64,000 nucleotides of DNA from Nemertoderma westbladi (lineage: Eukaryota > Animalia > Xenacoelomorpha): assembly GCA_032718475.1 (NCBI GenBank), contig JAUCBJ010001972.1, positions 43,012-107,011 on the forward strand, given 5' to 3'. A model generated the notes under the pieces. That model saw nothing but the letters and a program-made list of their open reading frames with translations. It made no database searches and was not told where the DNA came from. Shown one piece after another: positions 11,551 to 26,900 of the stretch (its first letter is position 1; each line of letters opens with the position of its first letter). The position numbers and the translations under genes were made by a program.

Positions 11551-14291
11551 AATGTGCCATCCAGAGATTTGGTGTCCTCAGCAGTTAGAGCCCAGCATGG
11601 ACTCCCGTAGAGGAGTACTGGAACTACTGCTGCTCTAAATAATCGGACCTTAAGTTTCCGATTAATTCTAGGTGACTTCCAAATCCTGGAAAGCCTATTC
11701 AAGGCTGCCCATGCCTTTCCCTTACGTATTCGAAGGTCCTCACCTGACTTCCGGATCCATGATCCCAGGTAACAGAAGTCGTCCACATGCTCAAGCATAC
11801 CATCCTTTGAGCTTATGCTCATCCGATCAGAGACTTGCTGAGGATTTTCAAAGTTAACTGTCAGAATTTTGGTCTTTCTGGAGTTAATAAAAAGACCAAC
11901 ACTAGAAGCAGCATGTTCTAATGAGCTGAGGAGCCGCTGGGCTCCCTCTAATGATTCTGAGAGTACTCCTAAGTCATCAGCAAAGTCTAGATCAGTTAGG
12001 TGCTTGGCAGGATTTCCTCGACTTCTGGACCCAGTAGGTGGAGTTATCATCACCCCATCATCATTATGATGATCTAAGGACATGCGTAGAACATAGTCAA
12101 CCACAATAATGAACAAGAATGGTGCAAGTGTGTCTCCTTGGAGGACGCCCCATAACACTTCAAATGGTTCTGTGTCACCGTCAACAGTAGACACAAATGT
12201 TGTCGAACCATCGTATACTGATCTGATTGCTGCAATAATTTCATCAGGAATCCCATATAATGAAAGTATGCTGAACATACGTGAGCGAGAGACTGAATCA
12301 AAGGCCTTGAAGAAGTCAACAAAGATAACAGCCAGATGCCTGTCTTTCTTTTTTGATAACTCTTCAATTATCCTTCTAAGTGCCAAAATGGGCTCCATGG
12401 TCCCACGACCTTTACGGAACCCATTCTGATTTCCACGTAGCAGTCTCTCAATGGGATCCCTGATGCGATTTAATAGAATTCTATTGTATAGTTTTGCAGC
12501 AATCGAGATCAATGAGATTCCCCGAAAAGAACCATAGAGTGTTAGGTTGCCCTTCTTGGGAACTGGCACCAACTTATTTGTTTTCATTTCTTGTGGGACT
12601 CTTGTTGTACGGTACATGTCTACTATGATGGGATAGATGAGCTTTAAACACTCAGGTATTTTAAAGACCTCAGGGGGAACACCATCTACTCCACTGGCAC
12701 GATTGGTCTTAATGCTCTTTGCAGCAGCCTTCACTTCTGCAAAGGAGATATCGCCAATGGGAATATCTGGGAGTACAGACTCAGACACTTTTACTTCTAT
12801 AAAGTTATCAGGCAATACCCTGTCATTATTGAGGAGCTTTTCAAAGTGGGCTTTCCAACCATTGAGGCGATCGGCTGGTGATTCAGCCTTAACCTTGGTG
12901 GTTGGTTGGCTTTTCCGCCCAGTAAGCAGATTGATCGATTTCCATGCCTGGGATGATTGCCTGCTGTCGTCAGCATCATTGATGGCATCAACCTGTTGGT
13001 TTATTAGCTCCTGTAGATTAACAGAGTACTGCCTGTTCAGGGACCTAGATGCAGCTTTAACTGCATTCTTGGCCGCTGTAGTCTGTTTGAGTCGGGACTC
13101 TTTCTGCGCCTTATGAAGGTCATTTCGGCACTTCTGAATTTTGTTGTCAGTCCAGGGGGCCCTTTTCCTGTTTCGAGGGTATACAGGAACTGTTTCTGCA
13201 GCTGCTAACTTAACTGCTTCTGTAAAGGCAGTATAGCCCTCACAGTGATCTGCCGCCTCAGAGGCAAGAGCCTCATACCTGTTGCTCAGCTGTAGTGTGA
13301 AGCTGGATCTCACACTTGGCTGTTGCAACAGAGAGGACCAGTCATGCCGTGGCAAGGCAGATTTCGTTGTTCTGCTAGCACGCAGACTAAGTCTTACCTT
13401 GGCCACAATAAGGCGGTGATCACTGGAGAAGGGTCGAAGTGTAAATGCATTACAGTCTTGTATAGAGCTCCTGTATTTCCTACGAAACAGAATATGGTCT
13501 ATCTGGGACTTGTGACCACTGGGTCCACTATGAGTCCATAGCTTTCCAGTTCGCTTCTTGAACTGGGTTCCAGCCGAAAACAATCCATTTCCAGAGATAA
13601 AATCCTGAAGATGGACAGAATTTCGGTTAACACTATTGCTATAGACCCAGGGCGATGTAGGTGATTGATGCAGACTTGCATTAAAGTCTCCCAGGAATGT
13701 TAAGAATGCATGCTGATCCACTCCATCAGTTGCTGCTTGTAGATTGTGGTAGAAATTTTCCACCTCCTCTACAGGGGCAACACTAGTTGGAGAGTAGCAC
13801 ACAATCAGAACCACCTTAGGAAACTTCTTAGCCAGTCTTCCAGAACATGAGAAGTGGCAACGGATGATGCGGTTAGAGATTTGGTCTATTTTGTCCAATG
13901 CTGCATGTGCAGTTGGATTCATCAATAGACCAATTCCACCATTGCCACTATCATCTGCTGACGCGAGGGCGAGTCGCCAACCGCCCCCCATGTCCTTAAT
14001 CAGAACCTCATCAGTCTGTCCAGTCTGCATTCGGTGCTCTTGAACACCCACTGCGCTAAGAGAAAGCTTATCTGCCAAGGCAGTCAGCTCACCTTGTCGC
14101 ATTGGGGACCCGAGTGTTAGGGTGTTTACTGAGGCTAGTCTAGTGACTTGCCTCAGATTCACCAATGGCTTTGTTGGTCGGGGTGGAACATGAGAGTAGC
14201 CTCCAACTCCAGAATCCCTCTCCCCATCACAATCTGGCCTCCCTGGTGACCCAGGGTTTGGGCCAGAAAGGTCATCAGGAAAGGGACTCAA
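11551..14291 (-). CDS. RTE ORF, APE endonuclease plus reverse transcriptase (N-terminal part)
   Basis: EN motifs VQEHR, YSPT, GDFNA, QIDHIL, SDH; RT motifs QNGFR, DFFKAFDSV, GVLQGDTLAPFLF, FADD; open up to the Gypsy TSD. Exact start codon uncertain (TTG called). Confidence 0.94.
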
Positions 14292-14942
14292 AGAATTGTT
14301 GGCTGCTCTCTCTCTCCAGTAGGGGGTGAGACAGGCAGCCGGTCAGGAGTTAACTGACGCCTGTGAGGCCGATTGTGTCCGGTAATTCCACTGGCCTCTA
14401 GTGGCCGGACCTCCGCATTGCTAATGTAATCCATAGTGGGGGTTGGGGGGTGCTTTTTTGCCGAGTCAGCTCTCGGGGCAAATACCACACCCTGGTTTGC
14501 CATTCCACAGGGTGGGTGTCGCAATGGAGTCAGATATGAGGCCCATCACCCATATCTACTCTGGCGTACATGACCCACCATTGGCTGTTGCAGCTCATCT
14601 GCTGGGTCATGCCCTGTACCCTTGCTGCCAGGTGCAGGTCGCAGTGAAGTGCCCTCAGAGTGGACATGAGAACACTCTACTCCTAACCAGCCATTGGTAG
14701 ATCACCATCTGCCTGGTCAGGCCATATACCCCTGCAGCCAAGTATATGGGTCCTTAATCCAGGACCAAGGGCGTCCTTATCCCAGAACGAAGGGGGTCCT
14801 AGTTACAGGACCAGATTTGCCCTAGTAAGAGGGTCTATGCAGCTACAGGTGGCACCTCCTTTATGCTGCATGGAGGTGGCAAGTTTTCTTGATCAATGAC
14901 CTAGAATACCTGACCTGACCTATACCTATACCTGTACATGTA

Positions 14943-17900
14943 GTACTGGTACTACAGACAGTATTTACTATAGTTTTTGATCCTATGTACAGGTATAAGG
15001 ATCATAATGGTACTGGTACTACAGACAGTATTTACAATAGTTTTTGATCCTATGTACAGGTATAAGGATCATAATGGTACTGGTACTACAGACAGTATTT
15101 ACTATAGTTTTTGATCCTATCTACAGGTATAAGGATCATAATGGTACTGGTACTACAGACAGTATTTACTATAGTTTTTGATCCTACGTACAGGTATAAG
15201 GATCATAATGGTACTGGTACTACAGACAGTATTTACTATAGTTTTTGATACAACGTACAGGTATAAGGATCATAATGGTACTGGTACTACAGACAGTATT
15301 TACTATAGTTTTTGATCCTATGTACAGGTATAAGGATCATAATGGTACTGGTACTACAGACAGTATTTACTATAGTTTTTGATACAACGTACAGGTATAA
15401 GGATCATAATGGTACTGGTACTACAGACAGTATTTACTATAGTTTTTGATCCTATGTACAGGTATAAGGATCATAATGGTACTGGTACTACAGACAGTAT
15501 TTACTATAGTTTTTGATCCTATGTACAGGTATAAGGATCATAATGGTACTGGTACTACAGACAGTATTTACTATAGTTTTTGATACAATGTACAGGTATA
15601 AGGATCATAATGGTACTGGTACTACAGACAGTATTTACAATAGTTTTTGATACAACGTACAGGTATAAGGATCATAATGGTACTGGTACTACAGACAGTA
15701 TTTACAATAGTTTTTGATACAACGTACAGGTATAAGGATCATAATGGTACTGGTACTACAGACAGTATTTACTATAGTTTTTGATACAACGTACAGGTAT
15801 AAGGATCATAATGGTACTGGTACTACAGACAGTATTTACTATAGTTTTTGATCCTATGTACAGGTATAAGGATCATAATGGTACTGGTACTACAGACAGT
15901 ATTTACTATAGTTTTTGATACAATGTACAGGTATAAGGATCATAATGGTACTGGTACTACAGACAGTATTTACAATAGTTTTTGATACAACGTACAGGTA
16001 TAAGGATCATAATGGTACTGGTACTACAGACAGTATTTACTATAGTTTTTGATCCTATGTACAGGTATAAGGATCATAATGGTACTGGTACTACAGACAG
16101 TATTTACTATAGTTTTTGATACAATGTACAGGTATAAGGATCATAATGGTACTGGTACTACAGACAGTATTTACAATAGTTTTTGATACAACGTACAGGT
16201 ATAAGGATCATAATGGTACTGGTACTACAGACAGTATTTACTATAGTTTTTGATCCTATCTACAGGTATAAGGATCATAATGGTACTGGTACTACAGACA
16301 GTATTTACTATAGTTTTTGATCCTACGTACAGGTATAAGGATCATAATGGTACTGGTACTACAGACAGTATTTACTATAGTTTTTGATACAACGTACAGG
16401 TATAAGGATCATAATGGTACTGGTACTACAGAAGTATTTACTATAGTGATCCTATGTACAGGTATAAGGATCATAATGGTACTGGTACTACAGACAGTAT
16501 TTACTATAGTTTTTGATACAACGTACAGGTATAAGGATCGTAATGGTACTGGTACTACAGACAGTATTTACTATAGTTTTTGATACAACGTACAGGTATA
16601 AGGATCATAATGGTACTGGTACTACAGAAGTATTTACTATAGTGATCCTATGTACAGGTATAAGGATCATAATGGTACTGGTACTACAGACAGTATTTAC
16701 TATAGTTTTTGATACAACGTACAGGTATAAGGATCATAATGGTACTGGTACTACAGACAGTATTTACTATAGTTTTTGATCCTATGTACAGGTATAAGGA
16801 TCATAATGGTACTGGTACTACAGACAGTATTTACTATAGTTTTTGATACAACGTACAGGTATAAGGATCATAATGGTACTGGTACTACAGACAGTATTTA
16901 CTATAGTTTTTGATCCTATGTACAGGTATAAGGATCATAATGGTACTGGTACTACAGACAGTATTTACTATAGTTTTTGATACAACGTACAGGTATAAGG
17001 ATCATAATGGTACTGGTACTACAGACAGTATTTACTATAGTTTTTGATCCTATGTACAGGTATAAGGATCATAATGGTACTGGTACTACAGACAGTATTT
17101 ACTATAGTTTTTGATCCTATGTACAGGTATAAGGATCATAATGGTACTGGTACTACAGACAGTATTTACTATAGTTTTTGATCCTACGTACAGGTATAAG
17201 GATCATAATGGTACTGGTACTACAGACAGTATTTACTATAGTTTTTGATACAACGTACAGGTATAAGGATCATAATGGTACTGGTACTACAGACAGTATT
17301 TACTATAGTTTTTGATCCTATGTACAGGTATAAGGATCATAATGGTACTGGTACTACAGACAGTATTTACTATAGTTTTTGATACAACGTACAGGTATAA
17401 GGATCATAATGGTACTGGTACTACAGACAGTATTTACTATAGTTTTTGATCCTACGTACAGGTATAAGGATCATAATGGTACTGGTACTACAGACAGTAT
17501 TTACTATAGTTTTTGATCCTATCTACAGGTATAAGGATCATAATGGTACTGGTACTACAGACAGTATTTACTATAGTTTTTGATCCTACGTACAGGTATA
17601 AGGATCATAATGGTACTGGTACTACAGACAGTATTTACTATAGTTTTTGATACAACGTACAGGTATAAGGATCATAATGGTACTGGTACTACAGACAGTA
17701 TTTACTATAGTTTTTGATACAACGTACAGGTATAAGGATCATAATGGTACTGGTACTACAGACAGTATTTACTATAGTTTTTGATCCTATGTACAGGTAT
17801 AAGGATCATAATGGTACTGGTACTACATACAGTATTTACTATAGTTTTTGATCCTATGTACAGGTATAAGGATCATAATGGTACTGGTACTACATACAGT

Positions 17901-20900
17901 ATTTACTATAGTTTTTGATCCTATGTACAGGTATAAGGATCATAATGGTACTGGTACTACAGACAGTATTTACTATAGTTTTTAATCCTATGTACAGGTA
18001 TAAGGATCATAATGGTACTGGTACTACAGACAGTATTTACTATAGTTTTTGATACAACGTACAGGTATAAGGATCATAATGGTACTGGTACTACAGACAG
18101 TATTTACTATAGTTTTTGATCCTATCTACAGGTATAAGGATCATAATGGTACTGGTACTACAGACAGTATTTACTATAGTTTTTGATCCTACGTACAGGT
18201 ATAAGGATCATAATGGTACTGGTACTACAGACAGTATTTACTATAGTTTTTGATCCTATGTACAGGTATAAGGATCATAATGGTACTGGTACTACAGACA
18301 GTATTTACTATAGTTTTTGATCCTATGTACAGGTATAAGGATCATAATGGTACTGGTACTACAGACAGTATTTACTATAGTTTTTGATCCTATGTACAGG
18401 TATAAGGATCATAATGGTACTGGTACTACAGACAGTATTTACTATAGTTTTTGATACAACGTACAGGTATAAGGATCATAATGGTACTGGTACTACATAC
18501 AGTATTTACTATAGTTTTTGATCCTATGTACAGGTATAAGGATCATAATGGTACTGGTACTACAGACAGTATTTACTATAGTTTTTGATCCTACGTACAG
18601 GTATAAGGATCATAATGGTACTGGTACTACAGACAGTATTTACTATAGTTTTTGATACAACGTACAGGTATAAGGATCATAATGGTACTGGTACTACAGA
18701 CAGTATTTACTATAGTTTTTGATCCTATGTACAGGTATAAGGATCATAATGGTACTGGTACTACAGACAGTATTTACTATAGTTTTTGATCCTATGTACA
18801 GGTATAAGGATCATAATGGTACTGGTACTACAGACAGTATTTACAATAGTTTTTGATCCTATGTACAGGTAGGTATAAGGATCATAATGGTACTGGTACT
18901 ACAGACAGTATTTACAATAGTTTTTGATCCTATGTACAGGTAGGTATAAGGATCATAATGGTACTGGTACTACAGACAGTATTTACTATAGTTTTTGATC
19001 CTATGTACAGGTATAAGGATCATAATGGTACTGGTACTACAGACAGTATTTACTATAGTTTTTGATACAACGTACAGGTATAAGGATCATAATGGTACTG
19101 GTACTACAGACAGTATTTACAATAGTTTTTGATCCTATGTACAGGTATAAGGATCATAATGGTACTGGTACTACAGACAGTATTTACTATAGTTTTTGAT
19201 CCTATGTACAGGTATAAGGATCATAATGGTACTGGTACTACAGACAGTATTTACTATAGTTTTTGATCCTATGTACAGGTATAAGGATCATAATGGTACT
19301 GGTACTACAGACAGTATTTACTATAGTTTTTGATCCTACGTACAGGTATAAGGATCATAATGGTACTGGTACTACAGACAGTATTTACTATAGTTTTTGA
19401 TACAACGTACAGGTATAAGGATCATAATGGTACTGGTACTACAGACAGTATTTACTATAGTTTTTGATACAACGTACAGGTATAAGGATCATAATGGTAC
19501 TGGTACTACAGACAGTATTTACTATAGTTTTTGATCCTATCTACAGGTATAAGGATCATAATGGTACTGGTACTACAGACAGTATTTACTATAGTTTTTG
19601 ATCCTACGTACAGGTATAAGAATCATAATGGTACTGGTACTACAGACAGTATTTACTATAGTTTTTGATACAACGTACAGGTATAAGGATCATAATGGTA
19701 CTGGTACTACAGACAGTATTTACTATAGTTTTTGATCCTACGTACAGGTATAAGGATCATAATGGTACTGGTACTACAGACAGTATTTACTATAGTTTTT
19801 GATACAACGTACAGGTATAAGGATCATAATGGTACTGGTACTACAGACAGTATTTACTATAGTTTTTGATCCTATGTACAGGTATAAGGATCATAATGGT
19901 ACTGGTACTACAGACAGTATTTACTATAGTTTTTGATCCTATGTACAGGTATAAGGATCATAATGGTACTGGTACTACAGACAGTATTTACTATAGTTTT
20001 TGATCCTATGTACAGGTATAAGGATCATAATGGTACTGGTACTACAGACAGTATTTACTATAGTTTTTGATCCTATGTACAGGTATAAGGATCATAATGG
20101 TACTGGTACTACAGACAGTATTTACTATAGTTTTTGATCCTATGTACAGGTATAAGGATCATAATGGTACTGGTACTACAGACAGTATTTACTATAGTTT
20201 TTGATCCTATGTACAGGTATAAGGATCATAATGGTACTGGTACTACAGACAGTATTTACTATAGTTTTTGATCCTATGTACAGGTATAAGGATCATAATG
20301 GTACTGGTACTACAGACAGTATTTACTATAGTTTTTGATCCTATGTACAGGTATAAGGATCATAATGGTACTGGTACTACAGACAGTATTTACTATAGTT
20401 TTTGATCCTATGTACAGGTATAAGGATCATAATGGTACTGGTACTACAGACAGTATTTACTATAGTTTTTGATCCTATGTACAGGTATAAGGATCATAAT
20501 GGTACTGGTACTACAGACAGTATTTACTATAGTTTTTGATCCTATGTACAGGTATAAGGATCATAATGGTACTGGTACTACAGACAGTATTTACTATAGT
20601 TTTTGATCCTATGTACAGGTATAAGGATCATAATGGTACTGGTACTACAGACAGTATTTACTATAGTTTTTGATCCTATGTACAGGTATAAGGATCATAA
20701 TGGTACTGGTACTACAGACAGTATTTACTATAGTTTTTGATCCTATGTACAGGTATAAGGATCATAATGGTACTGGTACTACAGACAGTATTTACTATAG
20801 TTTTTGATCCTATGTACAGGTATAAGGATCACAATGGTACTGGTACTACAGACAGTATTTACTATAGTTTTTGATCCTATGTACAGGTATAAGGATCATA

Positions 20901-23900
20901 ATGGTACTGGTACTACAGACAGTATTTACTATAGTTTTTGATCCTATGTACAGGTATAAGGATCATAATGGTACTGGTACTACAGACAGTATTTACTATA
21001 GTTTTTGATCCTATGTACAGGTATAAGGATCATAATGGTACTGGTACTACAGACAGTATTTACTATAGTTTTTGATCCTATGTACAGGTATAAGGATCAT
21101 AATGGTACTGGTACTACAGACAGTATTTACTATAGTTTTTGATCCTATGTACAGGTATAAGGATCATAATGGTACTGGTACTACAGACAGTATTTACTAT
21201 AGTTTTTGATCCTATGTACAGGTATAAGGATCATAATGGTACTGGTACTACAGACAGTATTTACTATAGTTTTTGATCCTATGTACAGGTATAAGGATCA
21301 TAATGGTACTGGTACTACAGACAGTATTTACTATAGTTTTTGATCCTATGTACAGGTATAAGGATCATAATGGTACTGGTACTACAGACAGTATTTACTA
21401 TAGTTTTTGATCCTATGTACAGGTATAAGGATCATAATGGTACTGGTACTACAGACAGTATTTACTATAGTTTTTGATCCTATGTACAGGTATAAGGATC
21501 ATAATGGTACTGGTACTACAGACAGTATTTACTATAGTTTTTGATCCTATGTACAGGTATAAGGATCATAATGGTACTGGTACTACAGACAGTATTTACT
21601 ATAGTTTTTGATCCTATGTACAGGTATAAGGATCATAATGGTACTGGTACTACAGACAGTATTTACTATAGTTTTTGATCCTATGTACAGGTATAAGGAT
21701 CATAATGGTACTGGTACTACAGACAGTATTTACTATAGTTTTTGATCCTATGTACAGGTATAAGGATCATAATGGTACTGGTACTACAGACAGTATTTAC
21801 TATAGTTTTTGATCCTATGTACAGGTATAAGGATCATAATGGTACTGGTACTACAGACAGTATTTACTATAGTTTTTGATCCTATGTACAGGTATAAGGA
21901 TCATAATGGTACTGGTACTACAGACAGTATTTACTATAGTTTTTGATCCTATGTACAGGTATAAGGATCATAATGGTACTGGTACTACAGACAGTATTTA
22001 CTATAGTTTTTGATCCTATGTACAGGTATAAGGATCATAATGGTACTGGTACTACAGACAGTATTTACTATAGTTTTTGATCCTATCGTACAGGTATAAG
22101 GATCATAATGGTACTGGTACTACAGACAGTATTTACTATAGTTTTTGATCCTATGTACAGGTATAAGGATCATAATGGTACTGGTACTACAGACAGTATT
22201 TACTATAGTTTTTGATCCTATGTACAGGTATAAGGATCATAATGGTACTGGTACTACAGACAGTATTTACTATAGTTTTTGATCCTATGTACAGGTATAA
22301 GGATCATAATGGTACTGGTACTACAGACAGTATTTACTATAGTTTTTGATCCTATGTACAGGTATAAGGATCATAATGGTACTGGTACTACAGACAGTAT
22401 TTACTATAGTTTTTGATCCTACGTACAGGTATAAGGATCATAATGGTACTGGTACTACAGACAGTATTTACTATAGTTTTTGATCCTATGTACAGGTATA
22501 AGGATCATAATGGTACTGGTACTACAGACAGTATTTACTATAGTTTTTGATCCTATCGTACAGGTATAAGGATCATAATGGTACTGGTACTACAGACAGT
22601 ATTTACTATAGTTTTTGATCCTATGTACAGGTATAAGGATCATAATGGTACTGGTACTACAGACAGTATTTACTATAGTTTTTGATCCTATGTACAGGTA
22701 TAAGGATCATAATGGTACTGGTACTACAGACAGTATTTACTATAGTTTTTGATCCTATCTACAGGTATAAGGATCATAATGGTACTGGTACTACAGACAG
22801 TATTTACTATAGTTTTTGATCCTATGTACAGGTATAAGGATCATAATGGTACTGGTACTACAGACAGTATTTACTATAGTTTTTGATCCTATCTACAGGT
22901 ATAAGGATCATAATGGTACTGGTACTACAGACAGTATTTACTATAGTTTTTGATCCTATGTACAGGTATAAGGATCATAATGGTACTGGTACTACAGACA
23001 GTATTTACTATAGTTTTTGATCCTATGTACAGGTATAAGGATCATAATGGTACTGGTACTACAGACAGTATTTACTATAGTTTTTGATCCTATGTACAGG
23101 TATAAGGATCATAATGGTACTGGTACTACAGACAGTATTTACTATAGTTTTTGATCCTACGTACAGGTATAAGGATCATAATGGTACTGGTACTACAGAC
23201 AGTATTTACTATAGTTTTTGATCCTATGTACAGGTATAAGGATCACAATGGTACTGGTACTACAGACAGTATTTACTATAGTTTTTGATCCTATGTACAG
23301 GTATAAGGATCATAATGGTACTGGTACTACAGACAGTATTTACTATAGTTTTTGATCCTATGTACAGGTATAAGGATCATAATGGTACTGGTACTACAGA
23401 CAGTATTTACTATAGTTTTTGATCCTATGTACAGGTATAAGGATCATAATGGTACTGGTACTACAGACAGTATTTACTATAGTTTTTGATCCTATCTACA
23501 GGTATAAGGATCATAATGGTACTGGTACTACAGACAGTATTTACTATAGTTTTTGATCCTATGTACAGGTATAAGGATCACAATGGTACTGGTACTACAG
23601 ACAGTATTTACTATAGTTTTTGATCCTATCTACAGGTATAAGGATCACAATGGTACTGGTACTACAGACAGTATTTACTATAGTTTTTGATCCTATGTAC
23701 AGGTATAAGGATCACAATGGTACTGGTACTACAGACAGTATTTACTATAGTTTTTGATCCTATCTACAGGTATAAGGATCATAATGGTACTGGTACTACA
23801 GACAGTATTTACTATAGTTTTTGATCCTATGTACAGGTATAAGGATCATAATGGTACTGGTACTACAGACAGTATTTACTATAGTTTTTGATCCTATGTA

Positions 23901-26900
23901 CAGGTATAAGGATCACAATGGTACTGGTACTACAGACAGTATTTACTATAGTTTTTGATCCTATGTACAGGTATAAGGATCACAATGGTACTGGTACTAC
24001 AGACAGTATTTACTATAGTTTTTGATACAACGTACAGGTATAAGGATCATAATGGTACTGGTACTACAGACAGTATTTACTATAGTTTTTGATCCTATGT
24101 ACAGGTATAAGGATCATAATGGTACTGGTACTACAGACAGTATTTACTATAGTTTTTGATCCTATGTACAGGTATAAGGATCATAATGGTACTGGTACTA
24201 CAGACAGTATTTACTATAGTTTTTGATCCTATGTACAGGTATAAGGATCATAATGGTACTGGTACTACAGACAGTATTTACTATAGTTTTTGATTCTATG
24301 TACAGGTATAAGGATCATAATGGTACTGGTACTACAGACAGTATTTACTATAGTTTTTGATCCTATGTACAGGTATAAGGATCATAATGGTACTGGTACT
24401 ACAGACAGTATTTACTATAGTTTTTGATCCTACGTACAGGTATAAGGATCATAATGGTACTGGTACTACAGACAGTATTTACTATAGTTTTTGATCCTAT
24501 CTACAGGTATAAGGATCATAATGGTACTGGTACTACAGACAGTATTTACTATAGTTTTTGATCCTATCTACAGGTATAAGGATCATAATGGTACTGGTAC
24601 TACAGACAGTATTTACTATAGTTTTTGATCCTACGTACAGGTATAAGGATCATAATGGTACTGGTACTACAGACAGTATTTACTATAGTTTTTGATCCTA
24701 CGTACAGGTATAAGGATCATAATGGTACTGGTACTACAGACAGTATTTACTATAGTTTTTGATACAACGTACAGGTATAAGGATCATAATGGTACTGGTA
24801 CTACAGACAGTATTTACTATAGTTTTTGATACAACGTACAGGTATAAGGATCATAATGGTACTGGTACTACAGACAGTATTTACTATAGTTTTTGATCCT
24901 ATCTACAGGTATAAGGATCATAATGGTACTGGTACTACAGACAGTATTTACTATAGTTTTTGATCCTATGTACAGGTATAAGGATCATAATGGTACTGGT
25001 ACTACAGACAGTATTTACTATAGTTTTTGATCCTATGTACAGGTATAAGGATCATAATGGTACTGGTACTACAGACAGTATTTACTATAGTTTTTGATCC
25101 TACGTACAGGTATAAGGATCATAATGGTACTGGTACTACAGACAGTATTTACTATAGTTTTTGATACAACGTACAGGTATAAGGATCATAATGGTACTGG
25201 TACTACAGACAGTATTTACTATAGTTTTTGATCCTATCTACAGGTATAAGGATCATAATGGTACTGGTACTACAGACAGTATTTACTATAGTTTTTGATC
25301 CTATGTACAGGTATAAGGATCATAATGGTACTGGTACTACAGACAGTATTTACTATAGTTTTTGATCCTATGTACAGGTATAAGGATCATAATGGTACTG
25401 GTACTACAGACAGTATTTACTATAGTTTTTGATCCTATCTACAGGTATAAGGATCATAATGGTACTGGTACTACAGACAGTATTTACTATAGTTTTTGAT
25501 CCTATGTACAGGTATAAGGATCACAATGGTACTGGTACTACAGACAGTATTTACTATAGTTTTTGATCCTATCTACAGGTATAAGGATCATAATGGTACT
25601 GGTACTACAGACAGTATTTACTATAGTTTTTGATCCTATGTACAGGTATAAGGATCATAATGGTACTGGTACTACAGACAGTATTTACTATAGTTTTTGA
25701 TCCTATGTACAGGTATAAGGATCATAATGGTACTGGTACTACAGACAGTATTTACTATAGTTTTTGATCCTACGTACAGGTATAAGGATCATAATGGTAC
25801 TGGTACTACAGACAGTATTTACTATAGTTTTTGATCCTATGTACAGGTATAAGGATCATAATGGTACTGGTACTACAGACAGTATTTACTATAGTTTTTG
25901 ATCCTACGTACAGGTATAAGGATCATAATGGTACTGGTACTACAGACAGTATTTACTATAGTTTTTGATACAACGTACAGGTATAAGGATCATAATGGTA
26001 CTGGTACTACAGACAGTATTTACTATAGTTTTTGATCCTACGTACAGGTATAAGGATCATAATGGTACTGGTACTACAGACAGTATTTACTATAGTTTTT
26101 GATCCTATGTACAGGTATAAGGATCATAATGGTACTGGTACTACAGACAGTATTTACTATAGTTTTTGATCCTATCTACAGGTATAAGGATCATAATGGT
26201 ACTGGTACTACAGACAGTATTTACTATAGTTTTTGATACAACGTACAGGTATAAGGATCATAATGGTACTGGTACTACAGACAGTATTTACTATAGTTTT
26301 TGATCCTACGTACAGGTATAAGGATCATAATGGTACTGGTACTACAGACAGTATTTACTATAGTTTTTGATCCTACGTACAGGTATAAGGATCATAATGG
26401 TACTGGTACTACAGACAGTATTTACTATAGTTTTTGATCCTACGTACAGGTATAAGGATCATAATGGTACTGGTACTACAGACAGTATTTACTATAGTTT
26501 TTGATCCTATCTACAGGTATAAGGATCATAATGGTACTGGTACTACAGACAGTATTTACTATAGTTTTTGATCCTACGTACAGGTATAAGGATCATAATG
26601 GTACTGGTACTACAGACAGTATTTACTATAGTTTTTGATCCTATCTACAGGTATAAGGATCATAATGGTACTGGTACTACAGACAGTATTTACTATAGTT
26701 TTTGATCCTACGTACAGGTATAAGGATCATAATGGTACTGGTACTACAGACAGTATTTACTATAGTTTTTGATCCTATGTGCAGGTATAAGGATCATAAT
26801 GGTACTGGTACTACAGACAGTATTTACTATAGTTTTTGATCCTATCTACAGGTATAAGGATCATAATGGTACTGGTACTACAGACATTATTTACTATAGT

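Larger units (their letters stand above)
6081..14926 (-). mobile_element. RTE-clade non-LTR retrotransposon, family 1, copy 1 (apparently full length, split by a Gypsy insertion)
   Basis: (TAG)n tail at about 6077-6088, about 30-nt 3' UTR, single EN-RT ORF, about 630-nt GC-rich 5' UTR; satellite B resumes in register at 14943. Confidence 0.93.

Noticed and set aside
14700-14920. Canonical HDV-like, hammerhead or twister ribozyme in the RTE 5' UTR
   Set aside because: I could not match the conserved cores by eye; reported only as an unexplained structure.
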